64,000 bases of DNA from Candidatus Latescibacterota bacterium (lineage in GTDB: Bacteria > Latescibacterota > UBA2968 > UBA8231), in contig OZ242214.1 in NCBI GenBank assembly GCA_965206595.1, forward strand, positions 1,216,001-1,280,000, read 5' to 3'. Each line of letters opens with the position of its first letter. The stretch's first letter is position 1. Positions 52,517 to 61,507 of the stretch are shown here, one piece after another. A program made the translations under genes and the position numbers. The notes below the pieces were generated by a model, which made no database searches, was not told the DNA's origin, and saw nothing but the letters and a program-made list of their open reading frames with translations.

Positions 52517-53578
52517 TCAATTCAGCGTCGCCTTGGTTGCCGAAGAGGCGCGCTCCCGGTGCCAGTCCTGCACCGCTTTGGGGATTTCCACCAAATTCTC
52601 GATTGCCGTCTGCAGCGGTATGGCGCATTCCGGGCCGACCAGCTGCACGCCGGCGTCGAGGTTTCGGTATACTTCGGCGCGCACCTCTTCGGGGCCCTTC
52701 GAGAACAGCGTTTCCGGGTTGTTGATGTTGCCGACCAGCGAGATCCGCTGCCGCATGATGTCGACGGATTCCTGCGGCTTGTTCTTCGAGTCGTAGTGGA
52801 AAGCGGCCATCCCGGTCTGGGCGATGTACTCCATGCGGTCGACGGTGCGCCCGCAGATGTGGAGAATCAGCGGAATCGGGATGCTCTCGCTGAACTCGAT
52901 GTGCATGTCGCGCAGATAGCGTTCGTAGTACTCGCCGCTGACCAGGTCGCCGGTGGCGTGGTCGGGCAGGGTCAGGGCGTCGGCGCCGGCCTCGATCTGG
53001 GCGACGCCGAAGTCGACGGTGACTTTCTTCAGCTTGTCGAGGATGGCGCGCGTGGCATCCGGATCGTCGAGCGACAGCAACAGGAAGGGCTCGACGCCGA
53101 AGCAGTGGTAGGCGAGCGACCAGGGCCCCATGGTCTTGCCGATAACCGCGACCTCGTCGCCGTACTCCCGCTTGAGGATGGAGATCGCCTCGAGGACGCA
53201 GCGGGTGTCGGGGTGAGTGCAGAGATCGTCCGGAATGACGATGTCCTCCAGCTTCTCGTAGATCGGCTCGCGCATGCGCACCGTCGGCCAGTTGTCCTTC
53301 TGCTCCCACTGGATCTTGCAGCCGAGGGCCGAGGACTCCTGGATGATCGTGAATACCGGCATGATGGTGTCGAAGCCGAGCTCCGTGTACCCGGTGGCCG
53401 CGAGGCGGGCCATGAGCTCGGGCTTGCGGTTGGCCTCGGGAAAGGGGGCGCCGACGAGGTCCATCAGCTCGACGGTCGCCACCGAGGTCGGATTGCACAC
53501 GGGGGTGCGGTCGACCGGCTCCCGGCGCAGCGCCGCGAGCACGCGCTCGCGGCTCGTCATCGGTTTGATATCTGCCAT
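52517..53578 (-). CDS. MtaA/CmuA-family methyltransferase (UroD fold)
   Basis: MTSRERVLAAL, GPWSLA, ILHICG (Zn HxC), GNIN, PECAIP. Start at 53578 with RBS aggag. Confidence 0.9.
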   Translation of the reverse strand: MADIKPMTSRERVLAALRREPVDRTPVCNPTSVATVELMDLVGAPFPEANRKPELMARLAATGYTELGFDTIMPVFTIIQESSALGCKIQWEQKDNWPTVRMREPIYEKLEDIVIPDDLCTHPDTRCVLEAISILKREYGDEVAVIGKTMGPWSLAYHCFGVEPFLLLSLDDPDATRAILDKLKKVTVDFGVAQIEAGADALTLPDHATGDLVSGEYYERYLRDMHIEFSESIPIPLILHICGRTVDRMEYIAQTGMAAFHYDSKNKPQESVDIMRQRISLVGNINNPETLFSKGPEEVRAEVYRNLDAGVQLVGPECAIPLQTAIENLVEIPKAVQDWHRERASSATKATLN

Positions 53579-53649
53579 GAGACGTTCTCCTTTTCGGTTT
53601 CCTGCTTCGTCTTTTCTGTCCCGGTCACAGATCCCCTGATGTCCTCGAG

Positions 53650-54297
53650 CTACCGGTCCTGCGCGCTCGGAGCGGAGAGAACTCCCCGCGCCGCCGCGGC
53701 CTCGGCCTCGCGCATGGCGGTGCGCACGTTGAGGGCCCGGGGCAGCAGCACGGCGACGAGGTTGTCGTGCGCCTGGCCGCATTCGAAGCGGACCTGGTCC
53801 CGACGGTCGCCGGCCGGCTCCATTTCCCCGAGCTTGGCGAGGCCGCCTGCCGTGGCGGCGACGCGCCGCAAGGTCATGCTTTCGCCCGGGTCGTCCGCGG
53901 TTACAGTGTACAGACCTTCCCCCTCGCTGACGGCAACCATCTCCTTGCCGGCCTTCTTGTCGAAAACGCTCAAAGGTCTGGGGGCGAGGTCGCTGCCGTT
54001 GGGGAGCTTGCAGGCCTCGAGGAACAGCCGCCGACAGGCCAGCTCATGGCCGCGGCCGCAGGGAAAGCGCAGGCAGCCCGGGTTCTCCGGAGAGTCCTCG
54101 ACGTTTCCCATCACCTTCATCGCCTCGGTGATGAAGCCGACCCGTTCGCCGGCGTCTTCCCTGCCGCTGTAGGTGTGGACGAGAAACTCGGCCCCGCCGG
54201 ATTCCTCCCGGCGGTACAGAGCTATGGAGATCTCCTCGCAGTGCAAGTCCATCGGCACGAGCTCGATGCGGGAGCCGAGGTCGAGGATCCGGGGCAT
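53650..54297 (-). CDS. Hypothetical protein, first gene of the corrinoid operon
   Basis: 215-aa ORF with RBS aaggaagg. Repeated F.CG..H motifs. Confidence 0.7.
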   Translation of the reverse strand: MPRILDLGSRIELVPMDLHCEEISIALYRREESGGAEFLVHTYSGREDAGERVGFITEAMKVMGNVEDSPENPGCLRFPCGRGHELACRRLFLEACKLPNGSDLAPRPLSVFDKKAGKEMVAVSEGEGLYTVTADDPGESMTLRRVAATAGGLAKLGEMEPAGDRRDQVRFECGQAHDNLVAVLLPRALNVRTAMREAEAAAARGVLSAPSAQDR

Positions 54298-54308
54298 GGC
54301 AACCTTCC

Positions 54309-54337
54309 TTGACAGCGCGCTGCCGGCTGAGTATCAA
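54309..54337 (+). promoter_or_regulatory. Sigma70-like promoter for the GntR gene
   Basis: TTGACA-N17-TATCAA. Confidence 0.55.
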
Positions 54338-54352
54338 TAGAAAATCTGCCTG

Positions 54353-54365
54353 ATGGTCAGACCAT
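54353..54365. promoter_or_regulatory. GntR/FadR-type operator palindrome
   Basis: ATGGTCAGACCAT (TGGT-N3-ACCA) in the divergent intergenic region. Confidence 0.75.
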
Positions 54366-54405
54366 TGGCAACAGGAAAGTACGAAGGCAGCAGATAAAAG
54401 CAATC

Positions 54406-55164
54406 ATGAGTTCAGGTGAAACGAGCCGAGGGAGGGCGGGAGCCGCGGAAGGAGCGGAGTTGCTGCGGCCGGTCCCGAAAAGCTCGGTCAGCGAGGCCAT
54501 CGTCGATCAGATCATCGACCTGATTTCGCGCAACGTGCTCAAACCGGGGGACCGGCTGCCGTCCGAGCGGGAGCTGTGTGGTCGCTTCGCGGTCGGGAGA
54601 ACCTCGGTCCGCGAGGCCCTGCGGTCGCTGTCGGTGATGGGCATCCTCACCGGCCGCGTCGGGGACGGCACCTTCGTGGCGGACAACGAGAGCTACCTCG
54701 GGCGCGCCTACGAGTGGGGCTTCGCCCTCGACCCGAAGCAGGTCGGCGACCTCATAGAAACGCGGCTCATGCTCGAGTCCAACACGGCGTCGTGGGCCGC
54801 GGAGCGCGCAACCGGGGAGAACCTCGATGCGATCGCGGCGACGCTGCGCGGAATGGAGAAGGAGATCGAGCGGCCGGGGGAGTTCCTCGAGTTCGACGTC
54901 GCCTTCCACCTCGAGGTCGCCCGCGCCGCCCACAACTCGATTCTCTACAACCTGGTGCGCACCACCCGCGGCTACCTGCAGGAGTGGATCAAGGGGAGCC
55001 TGGAAACCTCGTCATCCCGGGCGGCGGGCAGGGCCCGCCTTTCGGTTGCCCAGCATCACGAGGTGTTCGACGCCCTCGCCGACAAGGACGCCAAGGCTGC
55101 GCGCGAGCGCATGCGCGCCCACGTCCTGTCGAGCAGCAAGGATTTTCAGTCCCACCTGCGTTGA
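54406..55164 (+). CDS. GntR/FadR family transcriptional regulator
   Basis: LKPGDRLPSERELC...VGRTSVREAL, FCD domain D.AFH. Confidence 0.95.
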   Translation: MSSGETSRGRAGAAEGAELLRPVPKSSVSEAIVDQIIDLISRNVLKPGDRLPSERELCGRFAVGRTSVREALRSLSVMGILTGRVGDGTFVADNESYLGRAYEWGFALDPKQVGDLIETRLMLESNTASWAAERATGENLDAIAATLRGMEKEIERPGEFLEFDVAFHLEVARAAHNSILYNLVRTTRGYLQEWIKGSLETSSSRAAGRARLSVAQHHEVFDALADKDAKAARERMRAHVLSSSKDFQSHLR

Positions 55165-56750
55165 GGCGCCGGGGCTCGAACCGCCCTGCGGATTGCCTGA
55201 GACGGTCCTGCGACCATCACCGGATTGCTCTCGTTCCCCAGGCGGTCGACGGCGCTTACCGCAAACTCCCGGCGCTCTGCGCGCCCGGGTCCCGACCACG
55301 ACAGCCCGCGGGGATCGAGTTCGTGGCCTGTCCGGGTGCCGGGAAGGATGTGGTAGGTCCAGCTCGTTCCCGCCTTCGAGTACACCACGTAGAGAAACGG
55401 GTCTTCCCCGGCCGGCTGCTTCCATGAAAGTTCGACCCGGCTGCCGTTCCGTACCATCGGGGCAACCTCCGGAGGCGGCGGCGGGGTGGAGTCGAGCCAG
55501 GTCCAGCGGGGAACGAGCGCCGGCTGGGCGTAGAGCCGGGCCCCGATCGAGGTGGCCAGCTGCCGGGAGGGGCCACTTTCGGCTTGGATGGCGCGCATGC
55601 TGAAGTGCAGATGCCCGTCGCTCTCGAGGATGTCGCGAGCCAACGCGATCTGGTCGATCACCTCCCTGGCAGGCCACTTGCCCTGGCTCACCCTGCTGGT
55701 GAACATGCCCGGCCAGAGGTGGCGGCCTTGGAGGTTGTTCTCCCGCCACCAGGAAAGCAGGGCAGGGAAGCTCCGGGCCTCGGCGGCGATCCGCCAGTAC
55801 AGTTGGGGGGCGAGGTAATCCAGCCACCCCTGCCGCAGCCACAGGCGGGGGTCGGCGAAGAGGGTTTCGTACTGGTCCACTCCCCCTTCCGTGCCGGGAG
55901 GATGCCCCGGCCTCCAGATGCCGAACGGACTGATGCCGACCTTTACCTCGGGCCGCCGCTGTTTGACTTCCCGGTAGAGATCGCGGACGAAATCGTCGAC
56001 GTTGCCGCGGCGCCAGTCGGACCGAGACAGGGAGCCCCCGGAATCGCGATAGGCCGCCCAGCTGTCCCCATCGGGAAAATCCGCGCCGTCGTTGTAGGAG
56101 GGGTACGGGTAGAAGTAGTCGTCGAGGTGGATGCCGTCGACGTCGTAGTGTTCGACGACCTCGAGGATGACCGCCATGGTGTGCGCCCGCGCCTCGGGAC
56201 GCCCGGGGTCGAGCCAGTAGTAGCCCTTGCCGCCGAGCCGGAGCGCGAGGTCGGGGCGCCGCGAGACGATCGACCGGGGAGACAGTTTTCCCCTGTGCCC
56301 GGGGTGGTTGGCGCGGAACGGATTGACCCAGGCGTGGAGCTCGAGGCCGCGGGCGTGCGCCTCGTCGACCCAGAAGCTCAGGGGATCGTAGATCGGCTGC
56401 GGCGGGAGCCCCTGCTCGCCGCTGAGAAAGAAGGACCACGGCTCGAGGGCGGAGGGGTAGATGACGTCGCACTGCGACCTGATCTGAAGGATCACGGCGT
56501 TGAAGTTGAGGGCGCGGCAGCGCTGGAGGATGGCGATCGCTTCGGCCTGCTGGGTGCGGCTCGGAAGGCCGGGGGCCGACGGCCAGTCGATGTTGGCGAC
56601 CGTCGCCACCCATACGCCGCGGAACTCACGGGCAGGCGCCGGCAGGTCCGCGCGGTAGAGCGGGCGGGGGGTGGGAAGTGAGCAGGAAAGGACGAACCCG
56701 GCCGCGAGCGCCGCGCCGAAGCGCTGGGCGCGGGGCGGGTTCCTATCCAT
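55146..56750 (-). CDS. GHL10 (DigH/YngK-like) glycoside hydrolase lipoprotein with FN3-like C-terminus
   Basis: Lipobox VLSC, REFRGVWVATVANIDWPS, LELHAWVNPFR, DGIHLDDYFYPY, PQLYW. Confidence 0.9.
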   Translation of the reverse strand: MDRNPPRAQRFGAALAAGFVLSCSLPTPRPLYRADLPAPAREFRGVWVATVANIDWPSAPGLPSRTQQAEAIAILQRCRALNFNAVILQIRSQCDVIYPSALEPWSFFLSGEQGLPPQPIYDPLSFWVDEAHARGLELHAWVNPFRANHPGHRGKLSPRSIVSRRPDLALRLGGKGYYWLDPGRPEARAHTMAVILEVVEHYDVDGIHLDDYFYPYPSYNDGADFPDGDSWAAYRDSGGSLSRSDWRRGNVDDFVRDLYREVKQRRPEVKVGISPFGIWRPGHPPGTEGGVDQYETLFADPRLWLRQGWLDYLAPQLYWRIAAEARSFPALLSWWRENNLQGRHLWPGMFTSRVSQGKWPAREVIDQIALARDILESDGHLHFSMRAIQAESGPSRQLATSIGARLYAQPALVPRWTWLDSTPPPPPEVAPMVRNGSRVELSWKQPAGEDPFLYVVYSKAGTSWTYHILPGTRTGHELDPRGLSWSGPGRAERREFAVSAVDRLGNESNPVMVAGPSQAIRRAVRAPAPQRRWD

Positions 56751-57756
56751 CAATAAGGGTGCGATTGATGAACTCGGTGATGTCCTCAATCTTTTCGAGT
56801 TCGGTGGTCAGCAGGCTCTGCGCGATCCGCCGGGTGAGGTCAAGGGTCGGGGGGTCCATGTCCAGCGGCGGGGTTTGGGCCCTGGCGAGCAGCAGACAGC
56901 CGAAGTTCCTCACCGCGGAGCGCTCGACCTGTGGCTGCCGAGCGTACCGGGCGACGCTGAAATAGGACAACCAGAAGACGTTGATGGCCTCGAGGTATGC
57001 GGCCTTCTGCGGGCTGTTGATGATCGCCTTGAGACACAGGTCGCTGCAGTAGAAGGCGAGGTCGAATTCCGGGCTCCCGAAATGGGCGGTGGCGAAATCG
57101 ATGAGGTAGATCGAACCCTTGTTGACCCAGACGTTGCGCGGGCGAAGGTCGCCCAGCACCATGACCCTGCCGCCCTTCAACAGCTCTTTGGACTGATCCT
57201 CGATGACCTTCTTGTACTCGGGAAATGCTTCGGCGATTCGGCCGTACGCAGGGGCGATGCGCAACTGCTCGAAGGGCTTGCGGTCATTGAACATTTCCCT
57301 CAAGGCGCGCGCGTTTACCGTGTCGTTGTGAACCGTGGCGAGCAGCTCCCCGCACTGGGCGGCGATTTGCAGGTCGACGCGCCCGCGCAGGAGCTCGTTC
57401 TCCCACAGCAGGGCCTCGCGGGGGGGGGCCGTGGTGACGAGGATGAAATTGCTGCGGTCCAGCAGAAGGGAGGTGGGAACGAAGTCGGGGGGAACGATCT
57501 CGGCGAGCACGCCGATACAGGCGTTCTCATGGAAGATCCGCTTGCGGTCGAGATAGATGCGCTCCTTGGTCTGCTGGATCCGCGAGTGCGCCTGCTTGAC
57601 GATCAGCCGCTTCCGCGAGGTGACGACCGCGTAGATGGTGTTCTTCCTGCCGTCTCCCACCGGGTCAATCTCCCGGATCGATTCCCCCTGAACGACGATC
57701 TTCTTGCGGCGCAGGTACGGCGGGAGCGATTTCTTGTCGAGGTTGATTATGGGCAT
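56743..57756 (-). CDS. APH/choline-kinase-like phosphotransferase (methylthioribose kinase-like)
   Basis: GDGRKN, LIVKQA, GDLRPRN, LIDF, GSPEFDLA. Confidence 0.75.
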   Translation of the reverse strand: MPIINLDKKSLPPYLRRKKIVVQGESIREIDPVGDGRKNTIYAVVTSRKRLIVKQAHSRIQQTKERIYLDRKRIFHENACIGVLAEIVPPDFVPTSLLLDRSNFILVTTAPPREALLWENELLRGRVDLQIAAQCGELLATVHNDTVNARALREMFNDRKPFEQLRIAPAYGRIAEAFPEYKKVIEDQSKELLKGGRVMVLGDLRPRNVWVNKGSIYLIDFATAHFGSPEFDLAFYCSDLCLKAIINSPQKAAYLEAINVFWLSYFSVARYARQPQVERSAVRNFGCLLLARAQTPPLDMDPPTLDLTRRIAQSLLTTELEKIEDITEFINRTLIDG

Positions 57757-57766
57757 GACTCGGGTA

Positions 57767-58711
57767 TCATCCGGTTGATGGCCGCGGCGGCGAGACGACT
57801 GCTGCGCCAGCCGCATCTTCGGGTTGTGGGGAGAGGGGGCGGACCGCGGCCATTTCGAAGCCGCTCACCTGCCGTTCGGCGTGGTACGAGCTGCGCACCA
57901 AGGGGCCGGATTCGACGTGGCGGAAGCCGAGCTTCAGCGCGTAGTCGCGGAGTTCCACGAATTCGTTCGGAGGCACGAAACGGGCGACCGGGTGGTGGCC
58001 CTTCGAGGGGCTGAGGTACTGGCCGAGAGTGAGGATGCTGCAGCCGACCGCGGCGAGATCGGCGATGACATCCTCGGTCTCCCGGCGAGTCTCACCGGCT
58101 CCGAGCATCATTCCCGACTTCGTCGGCGCCGGGCTGAGCCGGCGGGCGCGGTCGAGAAGCTCGAGCGAGCGGCGGTATTTCGCCTGCGGCCGCATGGAGC
58201 CATACAGCCGCGGGGCGGTTTCGATGTTGTGGTTGAGTATGTCGGGACCGGACTCGAGCACGGTCTGCAGCGCTTCGGGACTCCCCTGGAAATCCGGTAT
58301 CAGCACCTCGACCGTGGTACCGCGGCAGAGGCGGTGGACCTCGTCGAGGGTTCTGGCGAAGATGCGTGCGCCGCCATCGGGGAGCTCGTCCCTGTTGACC
58401 GAGGTGATCACCGCGTGCCTCAGGCCCAGGGTGGAGATGGCGCGGGCGACCCTCAGCGGTTCCCCTTCGTCGAGACCTTGCGGACGCCCGGTGCGGATGG
58501 CGCAAAAGCCGCAGCTGCGGGTGCAGATGTCTCCCAGGATCATGAAGGTCGCGGTGCGACTCCCCCAGCAATCCCCGATGTTGGGACACTGGGCGCTTTC
58601 GCACACCGTGTTGAGCCTGAGCTCCTTTACCAGTCTCTTGAGATCGAGGTAGTTGGGGCTGCCGGGGGCTCTGACCCTGAGCCAGGAAGGTAAACGGCCC
58701 TTGCTCTTCAT
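57767..58711 (-). CDS. lipA: Lipoyl synthase
   Basis: TVCESAQCPNIGDC, CTRSCGFC, NHNIET, GQYL, VRSSYHA. Confidence 0.97.
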   Translation of the reverse strand: MKSKGRLPSWLRVRAPGSPNYLDLKRLVKELRLNTVCESAQCPNIGDCWGSRTATFMILGDICTRSCGFCAIRTGRPQGLDEGEPLRVARAISTLGLRHAVITSVNRDELPDGGARIFARTLDEVHRLCRGTTVEVLIPDFQGSPEALQTVLESGPDILNHNIETAPRLYGSMRPQAKYRRSLELLDRARRLSPAPTKSGMMLGAGETRRETEDVIADLAAVGCSILTLGQYLSPSKGHHPVARFVPPNEFVELRDYALKLGFRHVESGPLVRSSYHAERQVSGFEMAAVRPLSPQPEDAAGAAVVSPPRPSTG

Positions 58712-58922
58712 ATCATCATCAAAAACAGTTAGTTGCGTCTGTTTGGCGGATGCTTCCGGCAGTTCCCGGGGTCCCGGGATTTTTAAAATATAGTGGGCCG
58801 GCAGACGTGACAGCAAGTTACGCATGCATGATTGCATGCGTAACTTGTTGAAAAACATAGATATGCAATATTTGTCGAGGAATTCATGGATAAGTGCCCA
58901 GTTGTGTAGTTTTCAGGCAGGT

Positions 58923-58960
58923 AAAAACAAAGGCCCGACTTCCAGACGAGGAAGCGGGCC
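58923..58960 (-). terminator. Probable intrinsic terminator after ctpA
   Basis: Minus strand: ggcccgcttcc / ggaagtcgggcc stem followed by tttgttttt. Confidence 0.65.
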
Positions 58961-58997
58961 CGGTCGGAGCAGCCGAAGGCAAACCAGAATATACGAA

Positions 58998-60914
58998 TCA
59001 GAATTTGGTAACCGGATCTTCGAGCACCCCGAGGTCCGCCGGCCTATCCTCGAGTGCGGAGGTATCCGTAGCCGCGGCGATGGCCTCCTCGTCGGTCAGG
59101 CCGATCTCGATCCGGCGAAAGTAGCTCTCGTAGCGCTCGGGATCGACGATGATTTCCCTGGCCAGCTGAACCTGGGGATCGACGGCTACGTCGTAGGCAT
59201 AGGCGGCCTTCATTCCGAAGGCCTTTTCAAGGATGTCGAAGGTCAGCCTCCATTTGATCAGCCCGGCGTCGGCTTCCCAGTGCTTCTCCTCGATCTTGTC
59301 GATCTCCTTCTTCAGCCGGCGCAGGGGCTGGTCCAGGCTGTCCTGTTCTTCCTCTTCCTCGACCTTCTCCTCGAGGTTCAGCAGCCTGCTCTCGAGTTCG
59401 CTGACATAGGAGAACTCCTGTGCTTCGACGTACTCCCGGAACTCCTCGAGGACCGAAGTTCCGGCGACGAACTCGCGGGTCAGCCCCGGATTTTTTGCGG
59501 GGTACTCGCGGGTGAAGCGAAAGAACTTGCTGTCCAGGGTCCAATAACCCTCCAGCTGGGCGAAAAGCGGCGTGCGCGTGCGACCAGGCGAGGAAATGTC
59601 GGGAGTGATTCCTCCAGCCCCGTGCACGATGCGTCCCTGGCGCCTGGTTCTGAATTCCTTGTCAGAAAGCGCGACCAGTGTGGAGTCCTTGCGCATGCGT
59701 TTGTCGATCGAGCGCCCGCTGGGAATGAAATATGCCGCCACGGTCAGCTTGAGCTCCGCTTTTTCGCCGATGGGGAGGGTTTTCTGAACCGAGCCCTTGC
59801 CCACCGACGGCTGGCCCAGGACGAGGGCGCGGTCCCAGTCCTGCATGGCTCCCGAGACGATCTCGGATGCGCTGGCCGAGCCGCGGTCGACCATAAGCAG
59901 CAGGGGCCCTTCCCCGAAACTGGGATCGCTTCTTGTGAAGTACTTCGTCGTGTCCTCGAAAGCACGTCCGGCGGTGTAGACCACGAGGTGGTCCTTCGGC
60001 AGAAACAGATCCGCGACGCGCACCGCTTCGTGCAGGTAACCGCCGCTGTTGCTGCGCAGGTCGAGTATCAGCCGCTTCATCCCCCGGCCGATGAGGCCTG
60101 CCAGGGCGGAGTCGACCTCGCTGGCGGAGTGTTGCTGGAACTTGAGCAGCCGTATGTATCCGGTGGAGTCGGGGAACATTGTGGAATACGACACCCCGTC
60201 GATGTGGACTTTCTTGCGGATGACGGTGGTCTCCACAGGATCTTCGACCCCAGCCCGAAGCAGAGTCAGCGTTACCGGGGTGCCGGCCTTGCCGCGCATG
60301 AGGCTCGCCGCATCGCTCGCCGACATGTGTGTGGTGGAGCTGTCGTCGATGGCGATGATAATGTCTCCCGACTTCACACCGGCGAGTGCCGCCGGCGTCT
60401 TCTCGTGCAGCAGCGAGGCGATGGCGATGGCGCTGTCCGGGCGAATCACCTGAATGCGGAACCCGACCCCTCCGTATTCCCCCTTAACGTCGATGCGGAA
60501 GTTGTCGAGGTTCATCATTTCCATGAAGACCGTGTCCGGATCGAGCATCGACATCATTCCGGCGATGCCGAAGCGGACCAGGGTGTCGGCGCCGACGGTG
60601 TAGAACGCCTTGCGGTCGAGGTGGTGAACGATCCTCTCGAGACGGGTGAAGTTATCGGGCCAGCTGCCGCCCTCCCCGGACCAAGTGAAGTCGGACCCCG
60701 GATCGAGGGCGCGGAAGAGGCCGTCGACTCCTGCGCGCATCAGCGAGTCGGGTGGAACCTCGTCGATGTAGAACTTCTTGAGGTGCCTCACCACGGGGAG
60801 CAGATAGTCCCGAACCTGGTCCCCCACCTTGGTCTCCCTCCCCTCCGCGAAGGCGTACCCAGCCAGCAGCAGGTGAGTTGCGAACGCCGCAGCGACCCCG
60901 GTCCGGAATGCCAT
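58998..60914 (-). CDS. ctpA: Carboxy-terminal processing protease (S41A, PDZ)
   Basis: GEYGGVG, DLRSNSGGYL, SASASEIVSGAMQD, GKGSVQ, GGITPD. Confidence 0.9.
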   Translation of the reverse strand: MAFRTGVAAAFATHLLLAGYAFAEGRETKVGDQVRDYLLPVVRHLKKFYIDEVPPDSLMRAGVDGLFRALDPGSDFTWSGEGGSWPDNFTRLERIVHHLDRKAFYTVGADTLVRFGIAGMMSMLDPDTVFMEMMNLDNFRIDVKGEYGGVGFRIQVIRPDSAIAIASLLHEKTPAALAGVKSGDIIIAIDDSSTTHMSASDAASLMRGKAGTPVTLTLLRAGVEDPVETTVIRKKVHIDGVSYSTMFPDSTGYIRLLKFQQHSASEVDSALAGLIGRGMKRLILDLRSNSGGYLHEAVRVADLFLPKDHLVVYTAGRAFEDTTKYFTRSDPSFGEGPLLLMVDRGSASASEIVSGAMQDWDRALVLGQPSVGKGSVQKTLPIGEKAELKLTVAAYFIPSGRSIDKRMRKDSTLVALSDKEFRTRRQGRIVHGAGGITPDISSPGRTRTPLFAQLEGYWTLDSKFFRFTREYPAKNPGLTREFVAGTSVLEEFREYVEAQEFSYVSELESRLLNLEEKVEEEEEQDSLDQPLRRLKKEIDKIEEKHWEADAGLIKWRLTFDILEKAFGMKAAYAYDVAVDPQVQLAREIIVDPERYESYFRRIEIGLTDEEAIAAATDTSALEDRPADLGVLEDPVTKF

Positions 60915-60924
60915 CCCGTATCCT

Positions 60925-61214
60925 TAGTGTCCTGTCCCGGAAGTAGATTGCCGGAATTCGGCCGCCGAGGCACCCGGCTCGAAAGGCTCCTGAGCGAGTC
61001 GTACCGAGGGTGTACGGGGAGCGAAGGCAACGCAGCGAGCGGGAATCGATCGGCTGCCGAATGGCATGGAATTGAAGGGATAGGACATTAGTTCAGATTT
61101 TACGGATACTTACAACACCTGCGACAAAGGTATACAGGGGGCCTGTGGGCCGCAATGCAGCCGCGGGAGGGAATTCGTCGCGTAGACCAGGGACTATTTC
61201 GGGACACGGCAATA
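60925..61214. mobile_element. Possible MITE (290 bp, imperfect TIRs, TA-bounded)
   Basis: tagtgtcctgtcccggaagtag versus the reverse complement of the right end, tattgccgtgtcccgaaatag (about 17/22). A related TIR lies at 38898-38917. Confidence 0.45.
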
Positions 61215-61507
61215 GCCGCGGATTTCGTCCCGCAGGAGGGCCGAGAGTTGGTCGGCGATTGACTTTCAGGGATACCGTGGCTACCTTGGAAATTCCTGTC
61301 ACGAGCAGGTGACAGTGCGAAACAGCGCTGTTTTTCAACGGCGCCCAGATGATTTTTCCGATTTCGCGTTTGATTTGGTTCCTCAGTCGAGTATCGAATT
61401 GAACCCGGATGTCGTCTGGACGCACTGCCCGCCTCGTTCCCACACTCCATCCACTTTTTCGCAGCCCACCGATTCAGTAGAGCGTTTCCCAGAATCCTGA
61501 GCGAGGT

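Noticed and set aside
54298-54405. Cobalamin or SAM riboswitch ahead of the corrinoid operon
   Set aside because: The intergenic region is only about 108 nt, lacks recognisable B12-box or SAM motifs, and is explained by a promoter plus GntR operator.
44305-61091. Long antisense or overlapping ORFs (e.g. 44305-45903, 52559-54172, 58824-61091) and N-terminal extensions of track ORFs
   Set aside because: These are shadow frames of high-GC genes, with no motifs or RBS.
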